The notes beneath the pieces were generated by a model, which was not told the origin of the DNA, made no database searches, and saw only the letters and a program-made list of their open reading frames with translations. Shown in pieces: positions 39,973-53,498 of a stretch of DNA of 64,000 nucleotides. Source of the stretch: Raillietiella orientalis (Eukaryota); contig JAYWIR010000005.1 in assembly GCA_036172245.1 (NCBI GenBank), positions 3,038,001-3,102,000 on the forward strand, given 5' to 3'. Position 1 is the first letter of the stretch. Each line of letters opens with the position of its first letter. Both the position numbers and the translations under genes were made by a program.

Positions 39973-40880
39973 ATCGGTCCCGAGTTGTCATCAGATTCTC
40001 CACGTTTAGATCAGTGACAGTGAGGGAATCGAAACGCTAATCGCAAAATAGACCGGATGTGAAGATTTCTTCTTCTCAAGATATCTGTCCCATTTGGGTG
40101 TGTCCATTTATTAAAATGAACGCACCGAAATAGGACGGATAAATGTTGATTCGATGTTTCCACTCTCCATGATCGATTTCATCTTTTCAACTGCTGTTTT
40201 CATTACCTTATAGTACACCTGGTGCTCTGTGAACAACACGAATAATAAGAACGGTTGGACTTTGCTCGCCTAATCACTTGCATTACTCTCTTCAGTTACA
40301 TTTTCGTATTCTTCCATGAGGATCGGCAATCGGACTGAGTGGAAAGAGAAGACCTCATTAGGCATCTCCTGGAAAGTGGAAATTATATCATCCGTTCTGC
40401 TACATTCATCATCCTTCTGATGGCTGTTCCTGCTTCTAGGTGAGAGAATCTTTGAGGAGACTTTCCAGGATTTTTCAGCACGCGGAGTCCTAGCATGGTT
40501 TTTCCTTATGCTTCCAGAAGGGCTCGGTGTTCCTCTAACAAGTTGCCAAGCACATTTTTCTGCTATATCTAATCTCTCTCAAAGATTTCCCAGACTTGCA
40601 TTGAAGTGATCTTCGAAAGATGATCAGCAAGATTTCGGAATTGAAGGAGGAAAGCACGCAGCCGGAATCTCCGTATCGGTATTTCCTAAAGAAATGATCG
40701 ACAACACTTCACGTGTACGGAGATCAGTTTAATCATGCTTAATCAGGTCTCCTGCATCGAACTCAATTGGATGTTAGCATTAATAACGGGAACTGTGTCT
40801 TTACCCACAAATGTCAAGAATACGACAGATTGATGCACGAAGTTTCATTAATTTTTCTTGGCTTCCAGTCCAGGTTCGAT

Positions 40881-41306
40881 GGGAAACAAACCCGAGGAAT
40901 CGTCCAGGAGTGCACACTCAGAGGAAACCTCCTTGACGGGAGATGGTGTCCCGCGGAAATAAAGCCAAGAACGTAAATGCATTGGTGGAGAAATAGAAAG
41001 GCGATCGCGAGAAGCCACAGACAAGCTCGTGGGGACTCTTGAATGCTCAACGATTCCAATACCGCCATCTTAAGAGAAATCTGAACAGCAGTGTTACCTT
41101 TGCCGTCTTTCCCAGCTCAAGCAACTCGTCAAGGGATTGTTCGGCAGTCTTTGCAGAGTTTCCTAGTTCGGCGATCTTCGTGGAGGAACATTCTGAGAGC
41201 ATCCGAAGCCATTCCATTGACTGGCAATGAGAAGATTTTTCAGTAACGGTTCGTCGCCTCCTTCTAAGAACAGGAAGTTAAACCGCCCCTTGAAATCCAC
41301 GACTTT
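40881..41306 (+). pseudogene. Degenerate RLK-type kinase fragment
   Basis: RGNLLDGRW..EIK (40920-40964), AIARSHR / KLVG (41001-41034), IDWQ (41216), EVKPPLEIHDF (41274-41306). These echo the GxLxDGxxVAIK, IGRxHHRNLVKLVG, LDW and PPIIHRDFK motifs. Confidence 0.4.
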
Positions 41307-44300
41307 GCCGTGTGGCTATTTGTTTGCTTACCTTCTCTTTCGTTCTCTTTGCATCGACACGAATGCAGAACCGCACTGAGGGAAGGGCATGATACAACGC
41401 AAGAGGCAGATGACGCAAAAACTAGATGGGAATGATTTTTGCAGGTCATAAAGTCGAAAGCAATGCTTTTTTAAAAGCCTTGAAACTATCATTGACTTGG
41501 TAGAGTGATCGTCTTTCTTGCAAGGGAAATAGCGCAGAAAATTAGGAGGATCCAATCTCTGTTTGGTCATAATTAGCTTTCCTTATTGCAAAAATTTTGC
41601 AGGACGGATGGCTGCACCACGAGGTGGCATGATAGATTGAAAAAAAGAAAGAATGACCCTTCCCTCTCCTCCCATGTAGAGCACTCCCGAAAAGGGAACC
41701 TCGCAATTTTCTAGGATTATGAAACGCGTTCCACGGATCTCATTTTTAAGTTGCCTGCTTGGAAACTCTGGGAAGGTGCAAAGTTGCAGATCGAGCCACT
41801 CCCTTAGGAGATTGATCCTCTCCCTCTTTGAACCTCCCACGCACACCGAGATCCAGTCCGTGCAACCTGGTTTTTCGTTTCCAAGAAGCCATACGAGTTC
41901 CTGCCTCTTTAGTGAGTGGATTCTCTCTGCGCTCATTTTTGGATTTTCCAGAACGGATTTTCCTTTTGAATCTCAGTCGTCCTGCCGGCAACCGGGGGGT
42001 TGTGTTCCTGCCTCTGTTCGCTTCTTATGCAACTGGAGAAGACAAGAGCTGGCTTCACACGACTTCATAAATCCTTGTCTCTGCATGGAAATGCACCTAA
42101 TCGGTGACTGTCTCGGCGCCTGCTTCACAACAGCTTGCGGAGTGATTAATGAAACTGAGTGATGGCAGAGGCAGTCTCGGCTCGGTCAGTTATAGAGTTG
42201 CAGGCAAAAGACGTTCAGTGTCACTCGTTGAATTCTGTCATGCGATGATCATTGCGAGTAAGGAAACGTATTCCCCCCCCCCCTTTTCACCCTTTTTGGT
42301 ACGTGCTTTCCAGCTTTCAGAACGACTTTTTCTGGGTTCAGCGGAGGGCAGCAGCCGGATGAAATAGTTCGAGATTAGGCCAACTGAGGGTCACATTCTA
42401 AAGGCAGAAAGAGTTAAGTGGTCTCGTGGCAGTCTTGCTGTTTAAGGTCGGCTGGTCCTCCCTTAAGGAACAAGCATCAGAAAAGCTTTGCTTCTTTTTC
42501 GAACTGCGATGGAGTTTGGTCTACGCGAAAATGCTTCATGTTCTTTCTTCTGTGTTTTCGCGCCTTTTTGGTTCTGCTCATGGCAGAGAAAAGGTTATGG
42601 CAGCTGCTGATGGCAGCTTAATCACATTACCCTTTTCTTTTTCCTTTTCACTCGAGCGTGGACTTTTTGTTCACTCTGAGAGTGGAGCTCGCTGTTCCTT
42701 AAATATGTCTCCGTGTATTCTCTGTGTTGGCAAAGTCCGATAGTTATTGCATCCCTCCATTTTGAGGGTGGAAATGCCAAAACTATTTTAGACTTCTTGC
42801 ATCGAAGGAGCGCTTTGAAATTCAGGGAAACCTGCAAGTTGAACAAGCTCACGAGCGCTCAGAGAATTTGTTTCTATTTGAAACAAATGGGTGAATATCC
42901 AGATGCCTAGGACAGTCGAGCTCATGCAACCGGGAAAAAAAGGGATATGGAACCATTTCAAGAAGTGGAGGAGGGAGGGGTCATTTTGGTATGTGAACAA
43001 CATATTCACAAGACTCCATTCTTAGCTTGCTAGTTGCTTCTTTGCTGCTCAAATATACGAGTGCCTAGGAAGGATGTCCATGGCCAGGCTGATGATTATA
43101 TCAATTAGTTACCCAATAAACAAGGACTGTGCATAGTTGAATAAGAAAAAAAAAAAATTGCCCTTTCCACTTCTTGTAATGATGATTGAAACACCCCATC
43201 ACTGTGTTGGAACCTTGGCAGCCATTTTGCGAAAGCACTCAGTTTGCGGATCCACACTCTCACTTATTGCATCTGAATCGAGTGATCCGTGATCAAAGAA
43301 TGCTTAATTGATTTTCGTAGGTGGGTTCCTAGGGCAAGAACTCTGCACAAAGAAGCAAGCTCTGCATGAAGACACCTCAGCAAAGCACAAACACGAACCA
43401 TGCAAGCAAAAGGAAAAGAGAAAATTCTGTTCTTCCTCCTTCTGTTTGCCAGTGTTCTTTAGATGGGAATAGGGTAAGTTCTGTGACGGGATGGAGTCAT
43501 GTATCATGAATGCTAAAGATGCTGATCACTGAGCGAACTTCGAAAGTACAGGCACGGAAGGAGCTTCAAACTTTTGGAACTTCCTATTTTCTTCTCGGCT
43601 TACATTGTGGCTGTTTCAAGAGAAACATTGTGTTTTTGTTCCGGAAGGGAACTCAGAAAAAGAAAATATTCTTATGTACGATTCGAATTTTCATTGCTTG
43701 AGCTCCGGATAATCACTCTATGCAACGATGATGGATTGCTCCCTTTTGTTCAGTAGACGAAGTAAGTGAAGTGAAATCAAGTTGGCATGGTAAACTTTTA
43801 GAACAGGCAGCACAAGCGTGTCGAGTCTGAGCCTTGAAGAAATGGAATCATGCCAGTGGAGGTACTGCAATCAAACTCCTTGTAGCTCTGTCGAACCTGG
43901 ACGCAGTGACACTAAGCGCTGTAGGTTGATTCAGTCATTGCCTATTCATAAATCTAAGGAGTTAGCGCGAAAATTGCTTCCATAATCAGCAAAGATTGCC
44001 GACAAAGCGCTAAAAAAGTAAAATAGAAAGAAGCAACTTTCAGTTTCGGGAAAATTTTCGCAGAATGGTTCGGCCTCCATGAGATCGTGTTCCGACAGCT
44101 TCCGACAAGGAAACATCAGCCATGAAACAGATCAAGCCTTCGTTGGTATCCTGAGCGCGGAATCATCTTCAGTGAAGGTGCTCAGCGACCGAATTCTTCA
44201 AGCTATACACTCTTTAATGCGCACACCAGAGTGCAGTCGTTTAGGCGACACAGCCACTTTCCAAGTCAGCGTCAGTATTGTCCGAGTTTTGCCAGCAAAG

Positions 44301-44409
44301 TTCGAACATGCACATGCTTTTTCGACGTCAGCAGTCGACTATGCTCCAATGACCAGACTTTTACAGGGTGTCTTTGGGTGAATTCGACGAATGTTTCACT
44401 TGGAACTTT

Positions 44410-46191
44410 CTATTGAAATCTTCCTTTTACATGTACGCCGAAACTGTGCAAATAATGGAGGATGTTTCTACCGACTGGCTCCACGAGATGGGAAGCCAGG
44501 GAAGTCAGAGTTTTTGAAAGCGGAAGTTGATGCGACCTGTTTGCAGACAAAAGACCGATGATGTCTCCAATGAAAGTTTGCCGCACATCTTCATTTGCCA
44601 GCACCGATTTTGAAAGCTGATCGATTGTCAGCATCCGGTCAACGATGCTGCTGTGACCTCGTGCTTTACGCATCCAATCCCGTAAGATTTCATACCGTGA
44701 ATCGATGCACTGTACCTCTCCATCAAGCTCTGATTCAACTACAGATGGAAGGTGTTGTCGGGACCTCGCAAATCCATGTTTGATGAGAAAACTTAGTGTC
44801 TCAGTGACCCACGAGCATCCTTGATTTTTCACTATTTTGGAAAAGGGTCTTCATCCTTCCTCAAACACAAGTTGCGACCTTGTAACTGGCTGTTCTCTCT
44901 CGAACACCTCAGCAGAGCTCCAGGAAAATTCCCTTTAGCTACTCAGTGGCGACGTTCTTCAAATTACGAGATTCCGAGCTTCTCCAGCAAAGTAACTTTA
45001 ATAGGGCATAGGCGTCCTCACGAAACTACCCAGTCTTGGAAACCGTGTTCTTGAGAGACGCAAAGCCTCATTGCACCCGGAAACGGAAACGGATTCTTCC
45101 CGGTACGAACGAATGGATATGCGGCGCAAGAAGAAGGATAGCTCCCTCACATTTCAAGCCAGAAGACCTCATGTAACGCAATTTGAGATCTCTATGAGAA
45201 AGGCTTCTGGAATTTCCGAAGTCTTTGCTTTCCGAACGACCTCATCCCCCCATGGAAGGTGAGATGAATGGTAGAGTATGAGCCATACTTGATCCACCTT
45301 TCAGAAGCAGAAAACAGGTTCCAGTGGTCATGGTAGAGAAGTGAATGAGAAGCGAGTGAATGAACGGGAAATTCTACCGGTTTTGAAGACTCAAGCAATA
45401 CAGGAAAAAGGAACTTGAATAAGAAGCTGCGAATGATTTAGAGCAGTCAAGAGAGAACAAAGCAAACAGGAAGGACGATGTTCCTCCACTCTCTGGTTGA
45501 CCTATGGGAGCAAGAACCCAATCCTCTGCGTTACCTGCTTGACTTCTTTTTCCAGAAATAAGGAGCCTAGGCAGTCTCTCAGCTCGCTCTTTTCTGCTTC
45601 CGCCTCCAAGAATACTCTCTTTTGCCTCCGGCGCACTTTGTCCAGAATGCTTTGCAAATGTTTCCTCTCGACTTCGTAGGACGGACGGATGTTTGGTTCA
45701 GGATTCATCATAGAAGACATCGTCAACGAGGTCAGCGTTTGCATCTCCTTGGATGTAGCATCCACCAAGGAACCTTAGGAAGAAATCTAACTGAGCCCTG
45801 AGCGGTGATTCCTGCTAGGATTGAAGACCGGCTACCCCACGAAGAGAAAAAAGAGATACAATGTCCTGCGGCATTCAGAGTGTCAAGTGCTTCAAACGCA
45901 TCATGAAGTGTTTGCAAAAGAAAGAACAGATTGCAAATGCGTTACAAATTCAGGAACCATTAACTCCTGAGTGGGAAGGGTTCAGATTGCCATCCGGAGC
46001 TTTCTCAGACGTCGAACTTGAATAAATACTCTGCAGAAGTGTTCCCTTTGGGAAGTTCTCTCAATCGAACTCCACCGTGCCACCTCTGCAAAGGAGAGAA
46101 GATAGCCTTCCATGGCAAGTCGAAGCCAGGTGATTCGTGGGCCATCCCGGAAATGCTCAAGATTAGATCCATGAATGCATTCTGTAGGCAC
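44410..46191 (-). CDS. Probable exons of a helical hypothetical protein
   Basis: Same-strand protein-like ORFs 45982-46191, 45502-45768 (CCTAAG acceptor near 45775) and 44410-44832. I could not build a clean spliced model. Confidence 0.4.
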
Positions 46192-47264
46192 ACCAACGGC
46201 TATTGCAAACGGACGAAACTTCTTCTCGGTAGATACGAATCAGGCCAGCAATTTTGCTGGCCTGATTAGGTGGATTGATAAATTGCGTTGAATTCCCAGT
46301 GATTCAGAACACCCTAATCTGTTTCTTGCATGCTCTGTGGGAACTCTCCGATTTTTAGACTCTTGGAGAAAATTCGATCTCTGATGATAGGAGCAGAGGA
46401 AGTGAGGTGCTAATGAAGTTTGGAATTTGAAAACGAGCGAGTTGCAATATTACCAGTAGTTCTCTGCGCTCTGTAAAACCCAAGGTTTTTCATAGGGATG
46501 TTTCAAAATGGTTGTTTATTCTTTTGAAGGCCCTTTCACGTGCACAATTTGAACAGCTGATTCTTCCTTTATGCATAGATTCGTGCATATACTGTCGTAT
46601 GCACGCTCACGTAGGGAACGAAATATGCATATGCTTATTCGTACACTTCAGTTCGAATAGGGTTCACGGTTCACGAACATTTTACATGTTGGCATGTATG
46701 GTGAGAGTTTATCATGAGAGCTCTCGAAAAATTCTTCCGTTTATTATTCCTCAAAGAAGCTTAATTAAATTGGAGTTTTATGGTGAAAGAATGTGAATCT
46801 TTCTCGTGTGATGGAAATTCACAGCGATCGATCGACAATTTCCGTCTCTATGAGTGAATGCTGGATTCACTGAGATGAAACAAGTGTTACCAGTGTGCCT
46901 CATTGAGTGCTTCCATACTTTGCTACAAATCATCGAAAGCAGATGAAAATTTTGAAAATCGCTTCCTTTTTCGAACAGTTCTTCCCTTGGATAACAGTTT
47001 CCGCACCTGCCTACAGATGTCGTGAGGGCAATAGGTATTTCAACGGCGTTTGATGAAAGTAGCGGTTGTGGTAGAAGCAATTTGGAAAGATTTCCGAATG
47101 TTTAAGATGCTTCACAGAGAATTCACTGACTGCAGAAGCTTCTTGAGCGCTTGGTGAAACGCGTGAGTATCGGTAAATGGGAGCAACGGACACTCAAGGC
47201 AACCCAAACTCCTCAGTGTTACCAGAGAGTGTGTGCACTGTGTTGCTGAAATCATCCGAAGAGA

Positions 47265-48305
47265 CCAAGTTTAGCTTACGGGAGCTTTCCTGCTCCTGTA
47301 ACTCAAACGTGGTCTCTTCGGATGATTGTTCGGTAAGAGGGCAAAATGCATGGACTTCTTTTTTTCAAGTCTTGTAACAAGAACAATCAAAAAGACAACC
47401 CTGAATTGGTTTTCATCGATACAGCACCTACGATACAGCCCGTATTCTCGTCTATTTATCCATTGGAGAAGTCCGATGATAAATGATAGTTTCGAGACAA
47501 TGACCATCCGAGTGAGGAAGGAAGTGGATTTGGCTCCAGCTGAATTTCATCAATGAAGAACAAAGGCCCTAGTTTTCACGTGGCGCAGTGGAAACTAAGC
47601 GGAACAGTAATGCCTGTAAACAACGGGGACGCTTTCCGGATTGGGTTTCTGCTCTTTGCGAACATTTTTTAAGAAGAAAAATCCAAATATCGGGCGTGAC
47701 TATTGAGAAAGTTCCTCACCCAAGAGTCTAAATCATTCAGTTCTGGTTCCCTCAGTTCGTCACGCCATTCACAGTGGATGCATGCGATGCTGTTGTCTCT
47801 TGAAACCACGTATTAAAAAGTGAAAGTAGTCTGCTGACACCACGTGAGATTTTCCGAGAGACCATTCAGAGATCGTCTTTCCACTCGGCTAGAGACTCGC
47901 TAGAAGGCGGTGGACGACCGCTCGGCAGGTCGTCCACTGCCTTACCTCTTCCGAGTTTGGGAAACCTCACGCAGCTTTCAAACGAAAATCGCGAGATGAA
48001 GTCCTACGAGTCCTGATTTTGGGGATGTACCTAGAGATAACCTGATTTCCTGGTTGCAAACCAGGAAAGCTTTTGGAAATGAGATTGGGATATAGCAAAA
48101 GGGCGAGGGAAAAAAAGGGGGATGATAAAATAGAAAGTGAGAGAGTGACAGGGAACAGTGAAATTCCAGGTCTGATCGCGCGACACCATCCTTGAAGAAA
48201 ACGGCTGGAAAATGCGAAACGCTGAGGAATAAAATTTAAGTCGCCGCTGGGAATTTCGATGTGTGCTATTTGTACGCCCAGATGAATGCATTGCAATGCG
48301 GAAAT
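47265..48305 (+). pseudogene. Possible RLK relic (juxtamembrane and C-terminal motifs only)
   Basis: KFSLREL at about 47267; PTSPDFGD..DNLISWLQ at 48003 (resembles the PTDSPDFGDNNLVGW motif of BRI1-like kinases); RCV..RPDE..M near 48260-48300. The catalytic core is not recognisable between them. Confidence 0.25.
47904..47943. repeat. Inverted repeat, 16-bp arms (1 G-T pair), 8-nt loop
   Basis: AAGGCGGTGGACGACC-GCTCGGCA-GGTCGTCCACTGCCTT. Confidence 0.95.
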
Positions 48306-49370
48306 AAGGATCGCGGCATTTTCCGTTCCAATCAGTGGATGGACAGCACAGCCGAAGACACTACAAGGTAATCTTCGGGGCAATAAATGCCCCCGAAGGT
48401 TCATTTTCTTTTCATTCTATTGATCGTCTTCTTTTGGTTATTTTCGCTGCTTCACCGTCTAATCAAATTCGTTCTCTTGCCCACTCCAACATGCAGATCG
48501 TGTAAGTCTTCTTCGGAGAAATTGGCTATGAGGAAGGGACTCAATCAGACTGCGTAGTTACGCCACGGAAAAAACCCGGAAGCAAGTCATCAAAGCAGGA
48601 AGGATGGCATAAGTATTTCGAAAGTGATCGGGGATTTCTGAGGCAAAAATTTGCAAAGGCTGTGTGGCAGAGCACAGCCAAGGCTGAACTTTAGGAGGCG
48701 AAGAACTTGCGAAAGACGATACTGTACAGCAGCATTGACAGCAGTAAAAGAATGTTGTACATGAAATCTTGAAACAAACCAGCTCTAATGCAAAAATATA
48801 ATGATATCCTTTCGTTTACTTAAGCACTATTTTAGCATCATTTTCTAGGGCGAATATTCCTGCAGGGTATTTCTAGATAATTTGAGCACTTCACTTACTG
48901 ATTTCGCCCTGTTGTCTCTCTATAATTTGTAGGAAATCCCGGATACGTTCGTGTCCTCTACGATCCTTTCTGAGTTGCAGGGAGTTTTCAAGATCCTCCA
49001 GTTTATTGTCCGTCTGAAAAACACAAGCAAATGATGTCCTGGCATCAGCAAGGCATTCAGCGTCAAGAATTAATGATGGAACTTCGCTCCTGAAATTCAA
49101 CTTTCGGCTTGCACAATGTGCACTATGCACACTATGAAGGACGAGCAGACTATACAACGCCTCTTTGTTTGCTCCCGGGACGCGAACCTTCTCCAGAACG
49201 CAAATACTGGGAGTGTTTCTGATGTTCGCAAACGTGAGACGGGAGGCTTCCAGACAGACGGATTAATCCAATTCTCGAAACTTATAGTGGGATACGTGGG
49301 GAGGAAAAATGTTTCAAATTAACAACGACTCAGATGCTTCCTTGTAACAGTTCTTCTGTTTCCGAGCTAA

Positions 49371-50125
49371 ATGGAAGCAACGCGAAAGACCAACATGCTC
49401 CGGTTTCCGCTTACACGTTTACTTCGTTTGGCCGCGTCTCTGGGAATGCTGCAACAAGAGCTGGTGCTTCCGGAAGAAAATGTAAGTGACGTAAGCAAGG
49501 GAAGCAAAGTGGTCGACGATGTGCGAGATGAAAGTGGTGAAAACGTGATGAAGGATCCCAGATGGACGGACAACTCTTGTAATTCAAGATGCCTGCGCGA
49601 GTAATCCTAAGCGACCACTTAGGAACAAAAAGGCATGACGCTGCGGATTCCGTGAACTGGTCAGCGAAGGAACCCTCTAGGATCTTTCATTCCTTAAAAG
49701 CCCCGAGACTTTTAAAGAATGAAGTGTCATTCGAACTTTGCACGTCTTGGATGAGAAGTTTCTGGAAAAACGAATTCAGTGTCTCCTACGGCGAGCTGCC
49801 AGAAGTTTCCCAAAAAACTCTATTGAAAAATTTCTTCCTTTTGCAACCCAATAGATCCAAGCAGAACCAGCCCGAAGATCAAGACATCCATGGTGAGAAC
49901 TTTGCATCGCCTTTCCAGGGGCACTATCTGACTTCGAAGAGTTGGAGAGCGGTGACTTTGGCGTTTGCGAGCTCCGTAAAAAGAGTTTCAGAAGAGCCTC
50001 TCCATCTCCCGCAGGAAGGAACCTTTGACTTTGCAAGTTCCAATGAGAAATCACAGCAGTCGGATGAGTGTGGTAGTGCTTCTTCAGGTTCATCCTCTCA
50101 GAGCGCACTGACCTTCACTGAGTAA
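49371..50125 (+). CDS. Hypothetical protein split by a single frameshift
   Basis: ATG ORF 49371-49604 overlaps ORF 49589-50125. Adding one A in TCAAGATG (about 49586) fuses them. Confidence 0.4.
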
Positions 50126-51546
50126 TTTCTAGAAAGAAAGGTGTCCCTTTAGCTGGAGACAGGGACTGGCAGCCCAAGAGTCCTACAGAAAGGCTTAACA
50201 AGGCGATAAGACCATCAGAACCTTGAAGGATGTCTCAGCTGACCAACTACTTCTCTCATCAAGGAAATCACCAAGTTACCGACCGGGCCAACTGGAAACG
50301 CAGAACCAGAGGGTGATAACAGGCTAGCTGATGATGCGAAAAATCATCTCTGTTCGCAGCGCACTGTCATTCTCGCAACTCCATTCCATCGCATCATCGC
50401 GGTACCAGAACTGTGTGCCGTTGTCGCGACTGTCCATCGCCCCCAGCGCGGCGCCAACATTGCGTTTCGTCTTCCATTACGTCCTTGTGTTGTTGTGTTG
50501 CTGTGATTCCGTGGCCGAGCGTTGCCACACAGTGGTGGCGTCCTTCAGCGTCCGATGTAACGTGTCCTCCTCGCTCTGTGATTGGTCGGACGCGATTCGA
50601 GAAATCGATCGGCCGGACGGCAGCGCTTCCGCAGTAGAAGCGGGGTGAAGGCGAAGGACGCGCGAGCTGGACGGAGCCGAGGAACCAACCATGGCTGCCG
50701 CTAGGAAGGAGACGCACCTTCCGTCCCTGAAGGATCGAAGCGGACGGTCTGCGGGCAGACAGCCCTTGGGAGCTCCCGAACGGAGCGAACCACGCTACAG
50801 GAGAAGGATGGAGGTTTTTTTCTCCTCCCCACGTATGTCTCTTCTGGCCGCCAGGGGCGTCCTACCCGATGTCTTCTCTTGCACTTTGTCGTACAGCCGC
50901 CCATGCCTATGGAGTGAGGGGTTCCGGCAGGTTCCTCGAAGGTCTTGCTCTCCGAAGCCTTCCTTTCTGGAGGGCGAGCTTTGTGGTCAGCGAACGTCCC
51001 GCCTCCCCGTTTGCCGCTTTCTTTGGAGTTCCCGTTGAACTCCTGCAGCGCTTGCCTGGTCTTCTGGAGAGCGTGCTCGCGGACAGATCCAAGACGCACC
51101 GGGGAGGAAGGAGGCTGCGGGTGGGGGAGGAGGAGACGTTCGCTCCGGTCCGCCAGCCCCTGAGAACTTTCCATATGAAGGGAGAGGATGAGCGATCTTC
51201 TGGCTACCAGACAGTCCTTCGCTTCTGATTCGGAGCTCAAACAGCACCCCTCGGACTCGCGACCTCAGGAGGCGGAGGAAGAGCAGGGCCGTCAAGCGGA
51301 CGCTTTCGCATCGCTTACGCGTTGCTTCCGGCCACGCTCCCGGAAGTCCCTTTCATCTCCGCTCCCGTCGGCCGGAGGCCACCGGACGATCTCGCCAGCA
51401 GTGAAGCGGAAGAAACCCGCCGCTGCTCGCGCGCGGCTCCGGCGGCGCGCGGCCGGGAGCGGAGCGTCCGTCTCACGCCCTCCGGAAGCCCTGAAGAGGG
51501 AGAGGAAGGGGAAACGAGGCGAAAGACGCGGTAGAGACCTACCAAC

Positions 51547-51738
51547 CTTGGAGATCATGTCGTGTACTCTGACGCAGGTCAGGGCTGCGTTCCTCCTGTG
51601 CTCCAGGTACAAGGCGAAGTTCTTGCACAGGCTGTCCATGTAGTCCTTCTGGGACATCAGGTCATCCAGCACTCCCTTCGGACAGACGGCCAGCTCATCA
51701 ATCCTCTGCTGAACCTCGGCGTACTTGGCGTAGATGCC
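51547..51738 (-). CDS. Internal phase-0 exon, helical hypothetical protein
   Basis: TTCCAG acceptor and AAG|GTTGGT donor bound exactly 64 codons (GIYAKYAEVQQRIDELAVCPKGVLDDLMSQKDYMDSLCKNFALYLEHRRNAALTCVRVHDMISK) with strong G/C third positions. ORF 50701-51240 is a likely downstream exon. Confidence 0.65.
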
Positions 51739-53027
51739 CTGGAATTTCCCGGAGGAGGAAAGGGGATAAAAGAGGTCGAAACTCCGCGGAAGGTTCAAGG
51801 TGAGAGACGACCGTGTCGCCGCGAAACTCTCAAGTGAGACTTTTCCGCCCCTGCCTCTCTCTGAGCGCGTTCGGCCTACAGGAGTCATTGGATTCGTGAA
51901 GAGCACTCCCCTCCTCCCGGCGGAGGAGGGGAGCATCCCGCTAGCTCGCGATCCCAACGCCAGTGGGCTAGTTCCCACCCAATGACCTGACCTGTCCTCC
52001 CCTCGACATCCTCTCGGTGGCAGGCTGCCATCGAGAGGCAGAGACCATGCGTCCCTTGACCCTGGAGCATCAGAGGAAGGACGACCTCCCTCTGCGCGCG
52101 GCGACTAATGCTGCTTACCCTTCGAGAGTGCAAACTATTTCACCGGTTCCCACCTACGACCCCTCTCCCTGGGGAAGGGCGGCTTCGCGCTTCCCGAGCA
52201 CGTTCTCTCCTCCCTGGCGCCAGCCGGAAGCCCCTTGTCTGAAGTCCGCGCATGGCGAGAGTGACCTTCGGACCCAGAAGACAGGGACAGCCGTTCCACT
52301 CTCGCTTGGTGCCGCTTGCCGAGTTCATTTCTCCGCTCCCCTTCTGCCAGCGGGCACGAGGAACACGGAGTTCTTTCACGCTTAAGGGAGGTCGTGCCTA
52401 TCCCTGGTTATCCTAGGACAGTGAGGCGGAGTCTTGGCGTTCCTCGGAGGTCCTTCGCGGCTGCCCTCCGTGGCGTCGAGGAGGACTTGAGAGCTGCGGG
52501 TCAAGAGGACAAACCCGCGGTGCAGGCAGCCATCCGCCGGAAGCGCGAGGCGAGCACGACGGGAAGCGGGAGATTCTTTCAGCCGCGCGTGCCGGCGTAC
52601 TCTCAGAAGCATCCGTTGGATCACAGGAGCGGAGCATTGCGCGGAGAGACCTCATCCTTCCTCGTCAAATGGTCTGTTTCCAAGTGGCTTCCCTTGGTGG
52701 ATGTCATCCCTGCGCTTCCTTCATCCCGAGACAACCCCGAAGGGGAAAGGATAAGGTCCGAAATTCGAAAATCCGAAATCCGAAATCGATTCCTTGATGG
52801 CGCGAACTCGAAGCCGGGAAGCTGCCCGGGAAGAGATCGGGCCTCTTCGCAGTCCGTCAGTCGAGGAAAATGCGAAGGAGACTTTCATGGGATGAATTTT
52901 CGAACCTGAGGAACCTCAGAGCTTGTGGTCTGCTATGGGAACCGCGGTCCCCGCGGCAGAGCGAACAAAAACTCGGAGGAAGCGCCGATCGCACCAGCTG
53001 GATCCACTTGGGCTGCTGATGACGGAG

Positions 53028-53498
53028 CTACACGAACGCCGAAGAAGATTTCCCGAGGTTAATCCTGCGATCACACGTCATCATCGTTGTGTCACCGTTG
53101 TCGTCATCGTTTTCCTCCTCCCCCTCCCCCTTCTCCTCCTCGCCCTCATCATCTTCATTGCCGCCGTCCTCCCGTGTTTGCAGCCATTTCTGAATTTCGA
53201 TCGATTTTTCCGGATTCATTGGTTTCCCTTCCTCATCTTCCTCTTCCTTCTCTTTTGTCCCTGCTTCTTCTCTTATCCTTTCTTCTCTTCTTTTCTGAGG
53301 GGACTCATCTGCCCGGTCCATTTCGGCTGTGCATGCAGAGAGCATGCCCAGCCCAGATCTCCTTTTCAGTAGGATCGAATCCATGAGTTCCCTGCCCCGA
53401 GCATCACTATCGACACCTCTCCCCCTCTCCATTCTCATCCTGTGTTCGTCTGTCTCGCGACGACGAACTGTTTGCGATACTCGGGGGCATCCCGCCAT
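53028..53498 (-). CDS. Acidic low-complexity coding segment
   Basis: 156-codon ORF rich in E/D/K/R, on the same strand and in the same GC block as the 51.5 kb exon. Confidence 0.45.
   Translation of the reverse strand: MAGCPRVSQTVRRRETDEHRMRMERGRGVDSDARGRELMDSILLKRRSGLGMLSACTAEMDRADESPQKRREERIREEAGTKEKEEEDEEGKPMNPEKSIEIQKWLQTREDGGNEDDEGEEEKGEGEEENDDDNGDTTMMTCDRRINLGKSSSAFV

Noticed and set aside
43760..43960. ARM-repeat-like peptide LEQAAQACRV..AIKLLVAL
   Set aside because: Short, contains stops and is too generic to support.
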